A stretch of 64,000 nt of DNA from Alphaproteobacteria bacterium (GCA_965220745.1 CBDCQT010000010.1:224001-288000), one strand, 5' to 3'. Shown: positions 1 to 10,068, counted from the stretch's first letter. The notes: generated from the letters alone by a model not told the origin. A program made the numbers and translations.

Positions 1-300
1 GGTGGAGCCCATGAGCGCCATCCCGATGACGAGTGCCGGCGACAGCCCGGAAATCGCACCGCGATAGCCGCTTGCGAGCGCGATGAGCAGACAGGCGGCG
101 AAGTTCCCGAACAGGACAAGGCCGACTCCCTGCGACGTATAGGGAGCCAACGGTCCCGAGAAGATGAAGGCGCCGAAGGCGACCTGGGCGGCAAGCAGCC
201 CCAAGCCCGAGGTAAAGCCTGCCGACAGCGCCGGTGTGGCCTTCCCGGACACGATGTCCGCACGAAGCTCGGACGCGAATTGCCGGAGTGCTGACGTCAC
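1..300 (-). CDS. SulP-family anion transporter, N-terminal part (runs off window)
   Basis: Manual translation from GTG at 300: MTSALRQF...AFGAFIFSGPLAPYTSQGVGLVLFG...ALASGYRGAISG. Hydrophobic, resembles the SulP N-terminus. Confidence 0.65.
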   Translation of the reverse strand, partial: MTSALRQFASELRADIVSGKATPALSAGFTSGLGLLAAQVAFGAFIFSGPLAPYTSQGVGLVLFGNFAACLLIALASGYRGAISGLSPALVIGMALMGST

Positions 301-523
301 ACGGATGACCTATGGCGAATTCAGAAGGGCGAGGTGGCCGAAACGGCTAGGGGTAGTGTACGCAATCGAGGGCCTCTCGCCGACGTTCTCAATACGGTTG
401 TGGCCAGTATCGCGGGGGGCGTGCCTCAATCATTTCCCTCAATCGCCGGGCGCTCACTCCGTTCGCTTGGCTCCGCGCTACGCGCGCGGCGCGGCGGCAG
501 CCGCGGCAAAGGTGAAATCGGGT

Positions 524-760
524 CTAACTCAGCGGGATCATCACGTGGGTGCGAAAGTGCGCGCGCTCCTGCAGCCGCTCGTACCAGGCCGCGATGGTGG
601 GGATGCGCCGGTTGGGATTGAGCGTGCCGTAGTCGTCCGTGTCGAGCCCGCCGAAGGGGCCGCCCACATCCTCCCGCTCGTGGGTCAGGCCCAGCTCGGC
701 CACGGTCCACATCACCCTCTGCACGTTGATCGAGTTCTTGCGGCCCCACACCACCAGCGT
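524..760 (-). pseudogene. Glutathione S-transferase duplicate with 387-bp internal deletion and lost start codon (ATG->ACG)
   Basis: Near-identical to both ends of 2821..3444. The junction at 592-603 joins full-copy 2889 to 3276; homology extends through the RBS region to ~776. Confidence 0.9.
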
Positions 761-871
761 CTTGCGCCTCCTCCCCGGCCCCTTGCCTCGCGAGGCCGGA
801 CACCCCAGGCATGGCCTCGACAATCGCGCTCAACTAGCATTCTAACCGGACCATCCAATGGGGGCCGGTCA

Positions 872-1924
872 ATGCGCCGTCTGACAGAGAAGCAGAAGCG
901 ATGGCTTGCACGGCATGCAGAGTTGAGCCACCGCCGCTCTATGCGTCGGCGCGGCCGCGTACTCGGAGCGCCGGGAGTTAAGCGAATCCACTCCCTCCGG
1001 GTTCCCCAACAGCTTAGCCTTGAATACAACTATGAGGAAACGCTCGCCTTATGTAGCGAGCTGCGCTACCTTGCTCAAATTCCCGGGGCGGGACTAAAGA
1101 TCGATTTTACGACGCTTCAAGATGTTGGCCCTGCTGCTGCGTTGGTTCTTGCAGCCGAGCTCCATTGTTGGCGGCTGAATTCGCTAAGGCGCCCTACGGT
1201 TATCGATATTCACGATTGGAATCAGGACGTTCGGTTTCTTCTCGATGAGATGGGTTTGTTTGATCTCGTTGATGCTATCAATCCGCCGCCGCCGCTTGGT
1301 CCACCGCCGCTACGCTTTATCCGGTTTAAGTCAGGTAAAGCCGCCGATGGAGAACTCGCAAAGAGATTGCGCATTGATCTGGAAAAAATAACTGGTGAGA
1401 TACCGGGTTGGAGCGACCTCTACCGAGGACTAGCCGAAGCCATGACAAACGTACGACAGCACGCCTATGAGGGGAGTGGTGGCGGAAATCTGGAGAGGTG
1501 GTGGATGTTCGGCGCCTACCACAACCCGTCTCGGCTTCTCACATGTGCGTTTTTTGATCGAGGCGTTGGGATCCCAGCAACATTGCCACGAACGCACTCG
1601 GAAAGAGTCACTGGCTTATTGGAAAGGCTCGGATTGCCCAACAACGACGCGTCAATGATCGCAGCTGCCATGGAACTGGGTCGGACTCGAACGGGATTTC
1701 AGCATCAGGGGCGCGGCTTGGCAGACGTCCAGAGATTTGTTGAGCATTCCGAGAATGGGGCGCTACGCATCTTGAGCGGAGGCGGAAAGTACACATATCA
1801 GGATGACGAGAAGGTAACGTCGTCGCTGCCGTCGCCGATCGGTGGCACGCTCATCGAGTGGACGGTGACGTTGCCGGGACGGGAGACCGCTGATGACAGG
1901 AACCATCGAGATTCGGGTAGCTGA
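872..1924 (+). CDS. STAS-like domain + GHKL (HATPase_c) ATPase/Ser kinase-like protein
   Basis: ATG at 872. N-box EAMTNVRQHA, G1 DRGVGI, G2 GRGL, G3 GTLI; N-terminal IDFTTLQDVGPAAALVL...LLDEMGLFDLV is STAS-like. Confidence 0.8.
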   Translation: MRRLTEKQKRWLARHAELSHRRSMRRRGRVLGAPGVKRIHSLRVPQQLSLEYNYEETLALCSELRYLAQIPGAGLKIDFTTLQDVGPAAALVLAAELHCWRLNSLRRPTVIDIHDWNQDVRFLLDEMGLFDLVDAINPPPPLGPPPLRFIRFKSGKAADGELAKRLRIDLEKITGEIPGWSDLYRGLAEAMTNVRQHAYEGSGGGNLERWWMFGAYHNPSRLLTCAFFDRGVGIPATLPRTHSERVTGLLERLGLPNNDASMIAAAMELGRTRTGFQHQGRGLADVQRFVEHSENGALRILSGGGKYTYQDDEKVTSSLPSPIGGTLIEWTVTLPGRETADDRNHRDSGS

Positions 1925-2219
1925 GGATTTCAGTAGGACGCCCGCTGGCCGGTATCGGAGTGACGGCCGCTGGAGTGGAGAGGCGTTCCGCGAGGATCAT
2001 CTCGGGCCAGCGCTGCAAGCCGACACTCCGCGGGTTGTCGTCTACCTAGACGGTGTGGAGGGTTACGGCTCGTCGTTTCTTGAAGAGGCTTTTGGTGGTT
2101 TAGTGAGGAGGGCCAACCTTACGGGCCAAAGGCTCCACAGGGTGTTAGAGATCAAGACGAACGATGAGGCCTGGAAGAGAGAAATCTGGGATTATATTGA
2201 CCAGGCAGCAGCGCGCTGA
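1893..2219 (+). CDS. STAS-like domain protein (DUF4325-type)
   Basis: GRYRSDG.WSGEAFRE and LDGVEGYGSSFLEEAFGGL motifs; overlaps the upstream gene by 32 nt. Confidence 0.8.
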   Translation: MTGTIEIRVAEDFSRTPAGRYRSDGRWSGEAFREDHLGPALQADTPRVVVYLDGVEGYGSSFLEEAFGGLVRRANLTGQRLHRVLEIKTNDEAWKREIWDYIDQAAAR

Positions 2220-2258
2220 GAGCCGAAAACGCTGGCTTCGGTAGTCTCGGGTTGTAGC

Positions 2259-2702
2259 ATGTCCTGGCATTTTGCTGTCCCAATAGCTACGGCACTGATT
2301 TCGGGCTTCATATCCTATTCAGTTGGCCAGCGTATTGAGCGACGCAGGGAATTGGGCCGGAGTCTTGAAGATTTAGAGGAGTTAATTTGGACGTTTTCGC
2401 AACGAAGCGCAGAATATTGGGCGATTGCTGCAGATGACCCGAGGTCTGGTGAGCTGGAAATTTCCATGAAACACCTATCGACCAGGATAGGAAACGTTAT
2501 TGGCCGTCTCAACAGACAATACCGTGGCTTCCAGTTCAACAATTTTAATCAGCTGATATCATTGAGGCAGGCGGCCTTGGCATCGCCGTTTGAAGAGAGC
2601 ACTCGACAGAGAAACGTGCAACGCGGTGATGACGTTAGAATGGAGGCGGACAGGTTGGTCGGCGACCTCTATTCGGCCAGACGTGGTTGGATCAAGTTCT
2701 AG
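2259..2702 (+). CDS. Hypothetical protein, N-terminal TM helix + helical domain
   Basis: ORF of 147 aa; hydrophobic FAVPIATALISGFISYSVG followed by a basic stretch; AT-richer codons. Confidence 0.65.
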   Translation: MSWHFAVPIATALISGFISYSVGQRIERRRELGRSLEDLEELIWTFSQRSAEYWAIAADDPRSGELEISMKHLSTRIGNVIGRLNRQYRGFQFNNFNQLISLRQAALASPFEESTRQRNVQRGDDVRMEADRLVGDLYSARRGWIKF

Positions 2703-2820
2703 TGGCAATCGGCTGATTAACGGTCCCCGCAAATCAACGGCTCCGCCAGCGACCGTGTTGTTCAGGCGCAGTCCCGCACCGCCCGCGCCGCGCGCCGCGC
2801 GCCGCCGGGGCGGCCCCGCC

Positions 2821-3444
2821 TCAGCTCAGCGGGATCATCACGTGGGTGCGGAAGTGCGCGCGCTCCTGCAGGCGTTCGTACCAGGCCGCGATGTTGGGGA
2901 GCGCCGGGCGCTCGATGTCCAGTGCGTGGTAACGATAGCAAGCGGCACCGACAGCGATGTCGCCCATGGTGAGCGTGTCCGCCGCGACGAAGCTGCGCCC
3001 CTCCATATGGGCATCGAGAATGTGCCAGGTCTCGCCCATGGCCCGCGCACAGCGCTCGATCCGTGCCATGTCGCGCTTATCTGCCGGCGTGCGGATGAGG
3101 CCGATGAAGACCGGCGCGAGGTCAGGCAGGAGCGTCGTCTGCATCCAGTCGAGCCAGCGGTCGGCAAGCGCTCGGGCCGACGGGTCCTCGGGCCAGAGGT
3201 GGCCTGCGCCGTAGCGCGCGGCTAGGTAGCGCACGCAGCTATGCGATTCCCAGATGGTGGTGCCGTCGCCGTCCACGATGGTGGGGATGCGCCGGTTGGG
3301 ATTGAGCGTGCCGTAGTCGTCCGTGTCGAGCCCGCCGAAGGGCCCGCCCACGTCCTTCCGCTCGTGGGCCAGGCCCAGCTCTGCCACGGTCCACATCACC
3401 TTCTGCACGTTGATCGAGTTCTTGCGGCCCCATACCACCAGCAT
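2821..3444 (-). CDS. Glutathione S-transferase (GstB/YliJ-like)
   Basis: MLVVWGRKNSINVQKV, NPNRRIPT, WESHSCVRYL, TMGDIAVG; RBS GGAGG upstream of ATG 3444. Confidence 0.92.
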   Translation of the reverse strand: MLVVWGRKNSINVQKVMWTVAELGLAHERKDVGGPFGGLDTDDYGTLNPNRRIPTIVDGDGTTIWESHSCVRYLAARYGAGHLWPEDPSARALADRWLDWMQTTLLPDLAPVFIGLIRTPADKRDMARIERCARAMGETWHILDAHMEGRSFVAADTLTMGDIAVGAACYRYHALDIERPALPNIAAWYERLQERAHFRTHVMIPLS

Positions 3445-3794
3445 CTTGCGCCTCCTCCCCTGCCTCGAGAGCGTTTCCGCTTTGCGCGAAAACGCTCTCG
3501 CAATTTTTCGCTCACGGCAGCCAGCCGCCGCGCGAGTCCGCGCGCCTATGGGCGCGACGGCTGGCGCCTGCGCGGGCGCGCCGCATAAGCGGCGGGCCGC
3601 GGTCGCGGCCTGACGCGCGTCCGCCAAAGACGGACGCGCTCCAGCCCCGCGAGGCCGGCAGTATGCCGGATGGCGGCGGACCGGACCACGGCGGCAGGCG
3701 AAATCCATCGCGCTTCCGCTAGCCGTCGCGTCCGCGCCGCGATAGGCTCTGGCCCACGGGCGCCGGGAGCCGTCTGGCGCGAGAGGAGGGTGCG

Positions 3795-5198
3795 ATGAAG
3801 GGGAACTTTCAGCAGTACGACAACGCAGACCTTTGGCAGAAGGACCGGGACCACAACATCCATCCCTGGACCGACTTCGCGACCTTCAAGGAGGAAGGCT
3901 CCGAGGTCATGGCGGAGGCCGAGGGGGTCTACGTCTACAACGCCGAGGGCGAGCGCTATATGGACGGTATCGGCGGCCTCTGGTGCGTCAACATCGGCTA
4001 TGGCCGGGAAGAGATGGCGCAAGCGATCGCCGATCAGGTGCGCCGCATCCCCTACTATTCGACCTTCACCCACCTGACCACGCCGCCGGCGGCGGAGCTT
4101 GCGGCGAAGCTCGCCGAGCTCGCGCCGGCTTCCATCAATCACGTGTTCTACGGCACCGGCGGCTCGATGGCGAACGACACCGCCATCCGCGTGATTCACT
4201 TCTATTTCAACCGCCTGGGCAAGCCGAACAAGAAGAAGATCATCTCGCGCGTCGACGCCTATCACGGCTCGACCTACCTCGCGATGACCATGACCGGGGT
4301 GAAGTTTGACCATGACGGCTTCGACCTCGCCCCCGACCTCGTGCACCACATTCCGGCACCCCACACCTATCGGCGCCCCGATGGCATGAGCGTGGAAGAA
4401 TTCTGCGACGAGAAGGTGGCCGACCTTGAGAACAAGATCCTGGAGCTCGGGCCGGAGAACGTCGCCTGCTTCATCGCCGAGCCGATCATGGGCGGCGGCG
4501 GCGTGATCGTGCCCCCGCCCGGCTACCACGCCCGCACCAAGGCGGTGTGCGAGAAGTACGAGGTGCTCTATATCTCGGACGAAGTGGTGACCGGCTTCGG
4601 GCGGCTCGGGCACTTCTTCGCTTCCGAGCCGGTGTTCGACTTCACGCCCGATGTGATCACCTCGGCCAAGGGGCTCACCTCGGGCTACATCCCGCATTCG
4701 GCGACGCTGTTCTCGGACGCGATGTACGAGGTGATCAGCGTGCCTCAGTCCGACGGCGCGCTCTTCACCCACGGCTTCACCTATGCCGGGCACCCGGTCT
4801 CCTGCGCCGCCGGTGTCAAGAACATCGAGATCATGGAGCGCGAGGACCTGTGCGGTCACGTGCGCGACGTCGGCCCCTACTTCGAGGAGCGGCTGAACGA
4901 GCTGCTGACGCTGCCGCTGATCGGCGATGTGCGGGGCAAGAAGTTCATGATGTGCGTCGAGGCCGTGAAGAATAAGGAGACCAAGGAGGTCTTCGCCGCA
5001 GACGCCAAGATCGGCGCGCGGATCACGCGCCACTGCCAGAGCCGCGGCCTGCTGGTGCGCCCGCTCGGCCACATGAACGTGCTCTCGCCGCCGCTCACGC
5101 TCACGCGCGAGCAGATCGACACCCTCGTGGAAACGCTGCGGGAGAGCATTATCGCGACCCAGAACGACCTGGTCCGCGAGAATCTCTGGAAAGGCTGA
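3795..5198 (+). CDS. Class III PLP aminotransferase (omega-amine/polyamine:pyruvate type)
   Basis: GGLWCVNIGYG, AYHGS, FIAEPIMG, DEVVTGFGRLG, SAKGLTSGY (PLP Lys), HGFTYAGHP. Confidence 0.92.
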   Translation: MKGNFQQYDNADLWQKDRDHNIHPWTDFATFKEEGSEVMAEAEGVYVYNAEGERYMDGIGGLWCVNIGYGREEMAQAIADQVRRIPYYSTFTHLTTPPAAELAAKLAELAPASINHVFYGTGGSMANDTAIRVIHFYFNRLGKPNKKKIISRVDAYHGSTYLAMTMTGVKFDHDGFDLAPDLVHHIPAPHTYRRPDGMSVEEFCDEKVADLENKILELGPENVACFIAEPIMGGGGVIVPPPGYHARTKAVCEKYEVLYISDEVVTGFGRLGHFFASEPVFDFTPDVITSAKGLTSGYIPHSATLFSDAMYEVISVPQSDGALFTHGFTYAGHPVSCAAGVKNIEIMEREDLCGHVRDVGPYFEERLNELLTLPLIGDVRGKKFMMCVEAVKNKETKEVFAADAKIGARITRHCQSRGLLVRPLGHMNVLSPPLTLTREQIDTLVETLRESIIATQNDLVRENLWKG

Positions 5199-5267
5199 GA
5201 CGCGGGCAGAAACGCGGCAGCGAGATGATGGCCGCTACTGCGGCCTGAAAATCAGGAGGATCGGGAC

Positions 5268-5933
5268 GTGGCACTACCGCTCGCACCACAGCTGATCGTC
5301 AACAGCCGCATGCTCTATTTCTGCTGGGTTCCGGAGGATCCAGCGGCGGCGGCGGCGCTGCTGCCGGAGGGACTCACACCGGCCGAGAATCAGGCGATCT
5401 TCATCAACCAGTACGTCGTGGATCGCGACGATCAGACCTCGCACTTCGGCGCCTATTCGCTGACTTACGCCGGGCTCGATCTGGCCGGCCTCGACCTTGA
5501 GGACGGCACGCCCGGCCGCTGGTGGACCCACTATCTCAACTCGAACCCGGTGATGTGCGACTATGCGGCGAAGCGCGGCGTGCCGGCGGTGCCGGGCCGC
5601 ACCACGCTCTACCGCGACGGCGATCGGGTGACCGCGACCACCTACGCGGACGACCAGCCGATCATCCGCAGTGTCGCGCGCATCGGCTCAGGGATCGCGG
5701 ACACGGCGCGCGGCCATCTGCGCTACATCACCGCCGTCGACGGCCGCCTGATGAGTGGCAACTATGCCTACGTGGGCGAGCTATCGGACGATTTCGAGCT
5801 GCTCTCGCTGGAGTTCCTGGCGCCGGACCATTCGTGCTACGCGCTGCGTCCGGCGTCGCCGCCCGAGGTCACCTTCGGCTTCTATGGGCCGCGTGTCTCG
5901 TTCTGCTATCCGGGCGGCGACGGGCCGCTTTAG
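5268..5933 (+). CDS. Acetoacetate decarboxylase-superfamily protein
   Basis: DPAAAAALLPEGLTP...FGAYSLTY pattern typical of the ADC fold; RBS GGAGG upstream. Confidence 0.6.
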   Translation: MALPLAPQLIVNSRMLYFCWVPEDPAAAAALLPEGLTPAENQAIFINQYVVDRDDQTSHFGAYSLTYAGLDLAGLDLEDGTPGRWWTHYLNSNPVMCDYAAKRGVPAVPGRTTLYRDGDRVTATTYADDQPIIRSVARIGSGIADTARGHLRYITAVDGRLMSGNYAYVGELSDDFELLSLEFLAPDHSCYALRPASPPEVTFGFYGPRVSFCYPGGDGPL

Positions 5934-5952
5934 GCCCCCACGAGACGTATCT

Positions 5953-6792
5953 CTACTCCGGCGAATAGCCGGGGCAGATCACGTACTTTGGCTCGGTGCA
6001 GCCGCCGGTGAGTTCGCGCAGGCGCTCCTGATAGTTCCAGGCGCGCACCGCCTCGTAGTGATCGAATGCGTGCTTGACCAGGAATTCCACCGGGTCGATC
6101 ACCTCCTCGCGGCGCACTACTCCCTCACCGGCGGCGAGCGCGGTGCGCGGCGAGAGCGCGAGCAGATAGGCGCGCGGATCGATCACGCCATCGACGCCGA
6201 AGCCCACGGCGTCTCGGGCTGCCGTCGGGCCGAAGATAGGCAACACCAGATAGGGGCCTTCGCCGACGCCGTAATGGTGGAGCGTCTGGCCGAAGTCGGC
6301 GTCGTCCGCTTTCAGGCCGAGGTCGGTGGCGACGTCGAAGAGCCCCGCCGCGCCGGCAGTGCTGTTGACCACGAAGCGGCCGAAGCTCGTGGCGGCACGG
6401 CCCGGGTTGAGCTGTAGCAGGTGGTTTGCGGTGACCACCGGCTCCGCCATATTGGTGAAGCCGCGGCTGACCGCGTGCCGTGCGTCGGTCGGCATGAAGC
6501 CCCGGTAGAACCGCGCCACCGGCTCGAACACGAGAAAGTCGAGCGCACCGTTGACGTAGAAGAAGACGCGGTTCACCCCCTCGAAAGGATCGTCATAGCC
6601 GTCTTTGCCGCCCTCGCGCGGGAGTACCGGCCAATCGGCACCGCGGCTCTCGACAGGGGGAGCGTCATCGATGGACTCGGTTTCCCCATCCCGCATCCGC
6701 TCGAGAACCGAGCAGCCCTGCACGACGGGGATGACCAGGAGCAGCACGATTGCCGCCGCTGCGATCCGACGGCCGAGGCCTGGCGATCTCAT
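5953..6792 (-). CDS. mlaA: VacJ/MlaA lipoprotein
   Basis: Lipobox VQGC, DPFEGVNR, RFVVNSTAG.AGLFDVA, DFGQTL, GPYLVLPIFGP. Confidence 0.9.
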   Translation of the reverse strand: MRSPGLGRRIAAAAIVLLLVIPVVQGCSVLERMRDGETESIDDAPPVESRGADWPVLPREGGKDGYDDPFEGVNRVFFYVNGALDFLVFEPVARFYRGFMPTDARHAVSRGFTNMAEPVVTANHLLQLNPGRAATSFGRFVVNSTAGAAGLFDVATDLGLKADDADFGQTLHHYGVGEGPYLVLPIFGPTAARDAVGFGVDGVIDPRAYLLALSPRTALAAGEGVVRREEVIDPVEFLVKHAFDHYEAVRAWNYQERLRELTGGCTEPKYVICPGYSPE

Positions 6793-6805
6793 GTGGGCGG
6801 GCAAC

Positions 6806-7858
6806 CTAAGGGCCGGCGTCCTGATTCAGGACCGCGCGGAAGGTGGCGGGATCGACATTGCCGCCGGAGAGCACGGCGACCACGGTGCGCCCGGCAGTGA
6901 CGATCTTGCCGGCAAGCACCGCCGCCAGCGCCACCGCGCCACCGGGCTCGACCACGAGCTTGAGATGCAGGAAGGCCGCCCGCATGGCAGCGCCCACCTC
7001 GGCATCGCTCACGGCTACGCCGCTGTGCACCCGCTCCACGTTGATCGGGAAGGTAAGCGCACCGGGCTTCAGAGCGAGGAGTGCGTCGCAGAAGCTCTGG
7101 CCTCGTGCACCGGAGACGCCGACGCGACGGCCCTGTTCGAACGACATGGCATGGTCATCGTAGCCCTGCGGTTCTGCGGTGTGAAGGCGGGTCTCCGGCC
7201 AGGCATCGGCGATGGCGAGCGACGTGCCGGCCATCAGACCGCCACCGCCGGCAGGCACGACCACCGCATCGGGCCGGCAGCCGAACGCTTTGCATTGCCC
7301 GACGATTTCGTGCCCGACCGTGCCCTGGCCGGCGATGACATTGAAGTCGTCATAGGGCTTGACCAGCGTCGCGCCGCGTTCCTCCGCGATCCGCTTGCCG
7401 AGCGCCTCCCGTGCCTCGGAGGCGCGGTCGTAGAGCACGATCTCGGCGCCGTGGCGTCGGGTGCCGGCGATCTTCACCTCTGGCGCGTCCCGCGGCATGA
7501 CGATGACCGCCGGCACGCCGACGAGCCTGGCCGCCGCCGCGACGGCCTGAGCGTGGTTGCCGGAGGAATAGGTGACCACGCCGCGGGCCTTGGCAGCCGG
7601 ATCGAGTTGCAGGAGCCGGTTGCAGGCCCCCCGGAACTTGAACGAGCCGGTGCGCTGAAGCGGTTCCGCCTTGAGCAGCAGGCGCCCGCCGATCAACTCG
7701 TCGAGGGCGTTGGCCCTGAGCAGTGGCGTCTCGACCGCGTGGCCGGCCAAGCGCTCCGCAGCCCCGCGCACGTCGGAAGGCTTGGGCAGCAGCTCTGACG
7801 CCGTCGTATCCGAAGCGGCACCCTGCGGGTCGCTCACCGGAACCTCCGCCGCCGCCAT
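6806..7858 (-). CDS. Threonine/serine dehydratase (PLP fold II)
   Basis: LQRTGSFKFRGA, SSGNHAQ, PAGGGGL, VVEPGGA, LSGGN; exact start uncertain. Confidence 0.9.
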   Translation of the reverse strand: MAAAEVPVSDPQGAASDTTASELLPKPSDVRGAAERLAGHAVETPLLRANALDELIGGRLLLKAEPLQRTGSFKFRGACNRLLQLDPAAKARGVVTYSSGNHAQAVAAAARLVGVPAVIVMPRDAPEVKIAGTRRHGAEIVLYDRASEAREALGKRIAEERGATLVKPYDDFNVIAGQGTVGHEIVGQCKAFGCRPDAVVVPAGGGGLMAGTSLAIADAWPETRLHTAEPQGYDDHAMSFEQGRRVGVSGARGQSFCDALLALKPGALTFPINVERVHSGVAVSDAEVGAAMRAAFLHLKLVVEPGGAVALAAVLAGKIVTAGRTVVAVLSGGNVDPATFRAVLNQDAGP

Positions 7859-10068
7859 CCTGAGCGGCGGGCCTCGCCCCGATCCGGCCGGTCGACGGGC
7901 ATGACGCCGTCGTCGGGCGAAAACCGACACAGCGCACGAAAATCGACATGGGCACCCCGCTCGCCGTTGCCGATTCGCAAGCAATGGGCATCCACGGTGC
8001 GTTGGGACATACCGCGCGCGAGGTCGTGTTCCAGACTCGACGCCGTCGGCCGCCGGCCGAGCTGCCAGCGATAAACTTGTGTTCCTTCCAGAACCCGCTG
8101 CACGTAGTTGCGGGTTTCTGAGAGCGGGATCATTTCGATCCAGTCGATGATGTCCACATCCGGGTCGTGCCGGGGATCGCCGTTCGCCGCGATCCAGCGG
8201 GCGACGTTGCGCGGCCCGCCATTATAGGCGGCGACGGCCAGCAGGTACGAACCATCGAAGCGCGCGAGCATGTCGCTCAAGTAGCGGCTGCCGAGCGCGA
8301 CATTGTGCGCGCGATTGGAGGTGAGGCGCTTGCTGGACTGGCTCAGGCCCATCTTGCGGGCCACGCTCTTTGCGGTCCGGGGCATCAGCTGCATCAAACC
8401 GAGCGCGCCTGAGCCGCTCCGTGCCAGTCGGTCGAAGCGGCTCTCCTGGCGGATCAGCGCGAGCACCAGGGCATGTTCGAGAGCGCCGTCCTCCCGTGCG
8501 AACGGCACGTTCACTAGCGGAAACAGCCGGTCGATGGAGACGTACCCGTCCCGCGCGGCCTGCTGGGCGGCACGGATCGCCTGCTCGGGCTGACCGACGG
8601 AAAGCGCAAACGCCGAAATCATGGCGTAATCCGCCTCGTTGCGCGCGAGCGTGCTCAGGCGTTTGTAGAAAGAATCCACAAGATAGTCGCGGCCGAGAAA
8701 CGTCAGGAAGCGAACGGCCGCGAACAGCGCATGGCCGTTGAGCGTCGCAGCGCCGGCGGCACCGGACGCGGCGCCGATCAGCGGCGCGTCGGATGCGGCA
8801 ATCCGGGCCATTGCGACCTGGCCATAGAAGGTGGCCGGATACGCCGCGGCCTTGCCGTACCAGAGAGCCGCCCCCTCCGGATCGCCGGACGTGTCTGCGG
8901 CCAGGCCCGTCCAATAGGCCGCGCGTGCCCGGCTGATCGGCATGGTCACCGCGCCGTACATACGCTCGAAATGGAGAAACGCACCGCGCGCGTCGTCCAG
9001 GAAACGAAGCGCGATCCACCCGGCGAGCCATTCGGCGTCGGAATAGGTCGAGGCCGCGCTCTGGCGGTGCTCGGCGGCAAGCGCATAGGCCTCATCGACC
9101 AGCCCCTCCTCCAGAGCGCGACGCGCCAGGGTGGCCCGCTCCCGCCACCAGAGCTTGGGCCGGGGGCCAAGGTCCCCTGGCGGCGTCTCCAAGAGGGCCC
9201 GGGCATCCTCGTCGCGACCCTTCTTTCGCCGCCACCGCAGCCGCTCGTAGACAAGACCTGGATGATCGCGAAGCGACTGCGGCACCCGCGCAATCGCCCG
9301 ATCTACGCCCCCGGCGTAGGCGCGCAGCGTCAGCCGTGCCTCCGCCAGCCGCTGTTGCCCCTCGCCGACATAGCGGTACATGCGCCGCGCCGCGCGGGCG
9401 TGATTGGCCCACACCAGGCGATCCAGGCGGGCGACGTGATCCTCGGGCCGCAGGTGCGCCCGGTAGCGGCGGTAGGTCTTCCGCAGCTCCCGCCCGGTGA
9501 ACCACCCCTCGACCCAAGCCTTGCGGACCAGTGCTGCCGCGCGCTTTTCCTGGCCGATGCCGAACAGGGCGTCGGCATGGCGCAGGCGGCCCTCACGGCT
9601 GATGGGATCGCGCCAGCGATACCAAGCGAGGACATCCGCATCGGAAACCCCCTTCGCCATCGCCGATTCGGCGTTGATCTGGAGCAGCCGCTGGTCCGGC
9701 CAGTCAGGATGCTCGTCGATGAACTGCGCGATGTCGGCGAAGGAAGCGCGGGTGCCCGGGCTGCTGTAGTCCCACCAGCGCAGGATCGTGGCGCCGAGGG
9801 GGTCGCTGCTCCTGCGGGCAAGGCGATGGGCACGGCTCCAGTTGTTGCGCGCGCCCGCCCTGAAGGCGTCGGCATAAAGCGCGATGTCGGCCCGCGCCAC
9901 GGCCGGCGGCATAGGCGGCGCCGGCTCCTCCTTGGCATAAGTCGGTGAACCGAAGACGATCGGCGGAAGCAAGGCCAGGGTAACGAGCACTGTCCAAATC
10001 GGCGGCGCGACGCGAGCGCGTACACGGTCCAGGAAAGCGGCGACTCGACGCGGCCTTGTTCCCAACAT
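7834..10068 (-). CDS. Soluble lytic murein transglycosylase (Slt70-like)
   Basis: [33 protein letters not shown]; helical N-terminal repeats; start uncertain. Confidence 0.9.
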   Translation of the reverse strand: MLGTRPRRVAAFLDRVRARVAPPIWTVLVTLALLPPIVFGSPTYAKEEPAPPMPPAVARADIALYADAFRAGARNNWSRAHRLARRSSDPLGATILRWWDYSSPGTRASFADIAQFIDEHPDWPDQRLLQINAESAMAKGVSDADVLAWYRWRDPISREGRLRHADALFGIGQEKRAAALVRKAWVEGWFTGRELRKTYRRYRAHLRPEDHVARLDRLVWANHARAARRMYRYVGEGQQRLAEARLTLRAYAGGVDRAIARVPQSLRDHPGLVYERLRWRRKKGRDEDARALLETPPGDLGPRPKLWWRERATLARRALEEGLVDEAYALAAEHRQSAASTYSDAEWLAGWIALRFLDDARGAFLHFERMYGAVTMPISRARAAYWTGLAADTSGDPEGAALWYGKAAAYPATFYGQVAMARIAASDAPLIGAASGAAGAATLNGHALFAAVRFLTFLGRDYLVDSFYKRLSTLARNEADYAMISAFALSVGQPEQAIRAAQQAARDGYVSIDRLFPLVNVPFAREDGALEHALVLALIRQESRFDRLARSGSGALGLMQLMPRTAKSVARKMGLSQSSKRLTSNRAHNVALGSRYLSDMLARFDGSYLLAVAAYNGGPRNVARWIAANGDPRHDPDVDIIDWIEMIPLSETRNYVQRVLEGTQVYRWQLGRRPTASSLEHDLARGMSQRTVDAHCLRIGNGERGAHVDFRALCRFSPDDGVMPVDRPDRGEARRSGWRRRRFR

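Noticed and set aside
164-871. N-terminal 236 aa of the 586-aa ORF
   Set aside because: Antisense read-through of SulP and the GST pseudocopy; the real start is most likely ATG 872.
3546-5072. Long antisense ORFs (also 8731-9948, 16651-17727, 32342-33604, 59589-61019, etc.)
   Set aside because: Shadows of GC-rich genes on the opposite strand, with no motifs.
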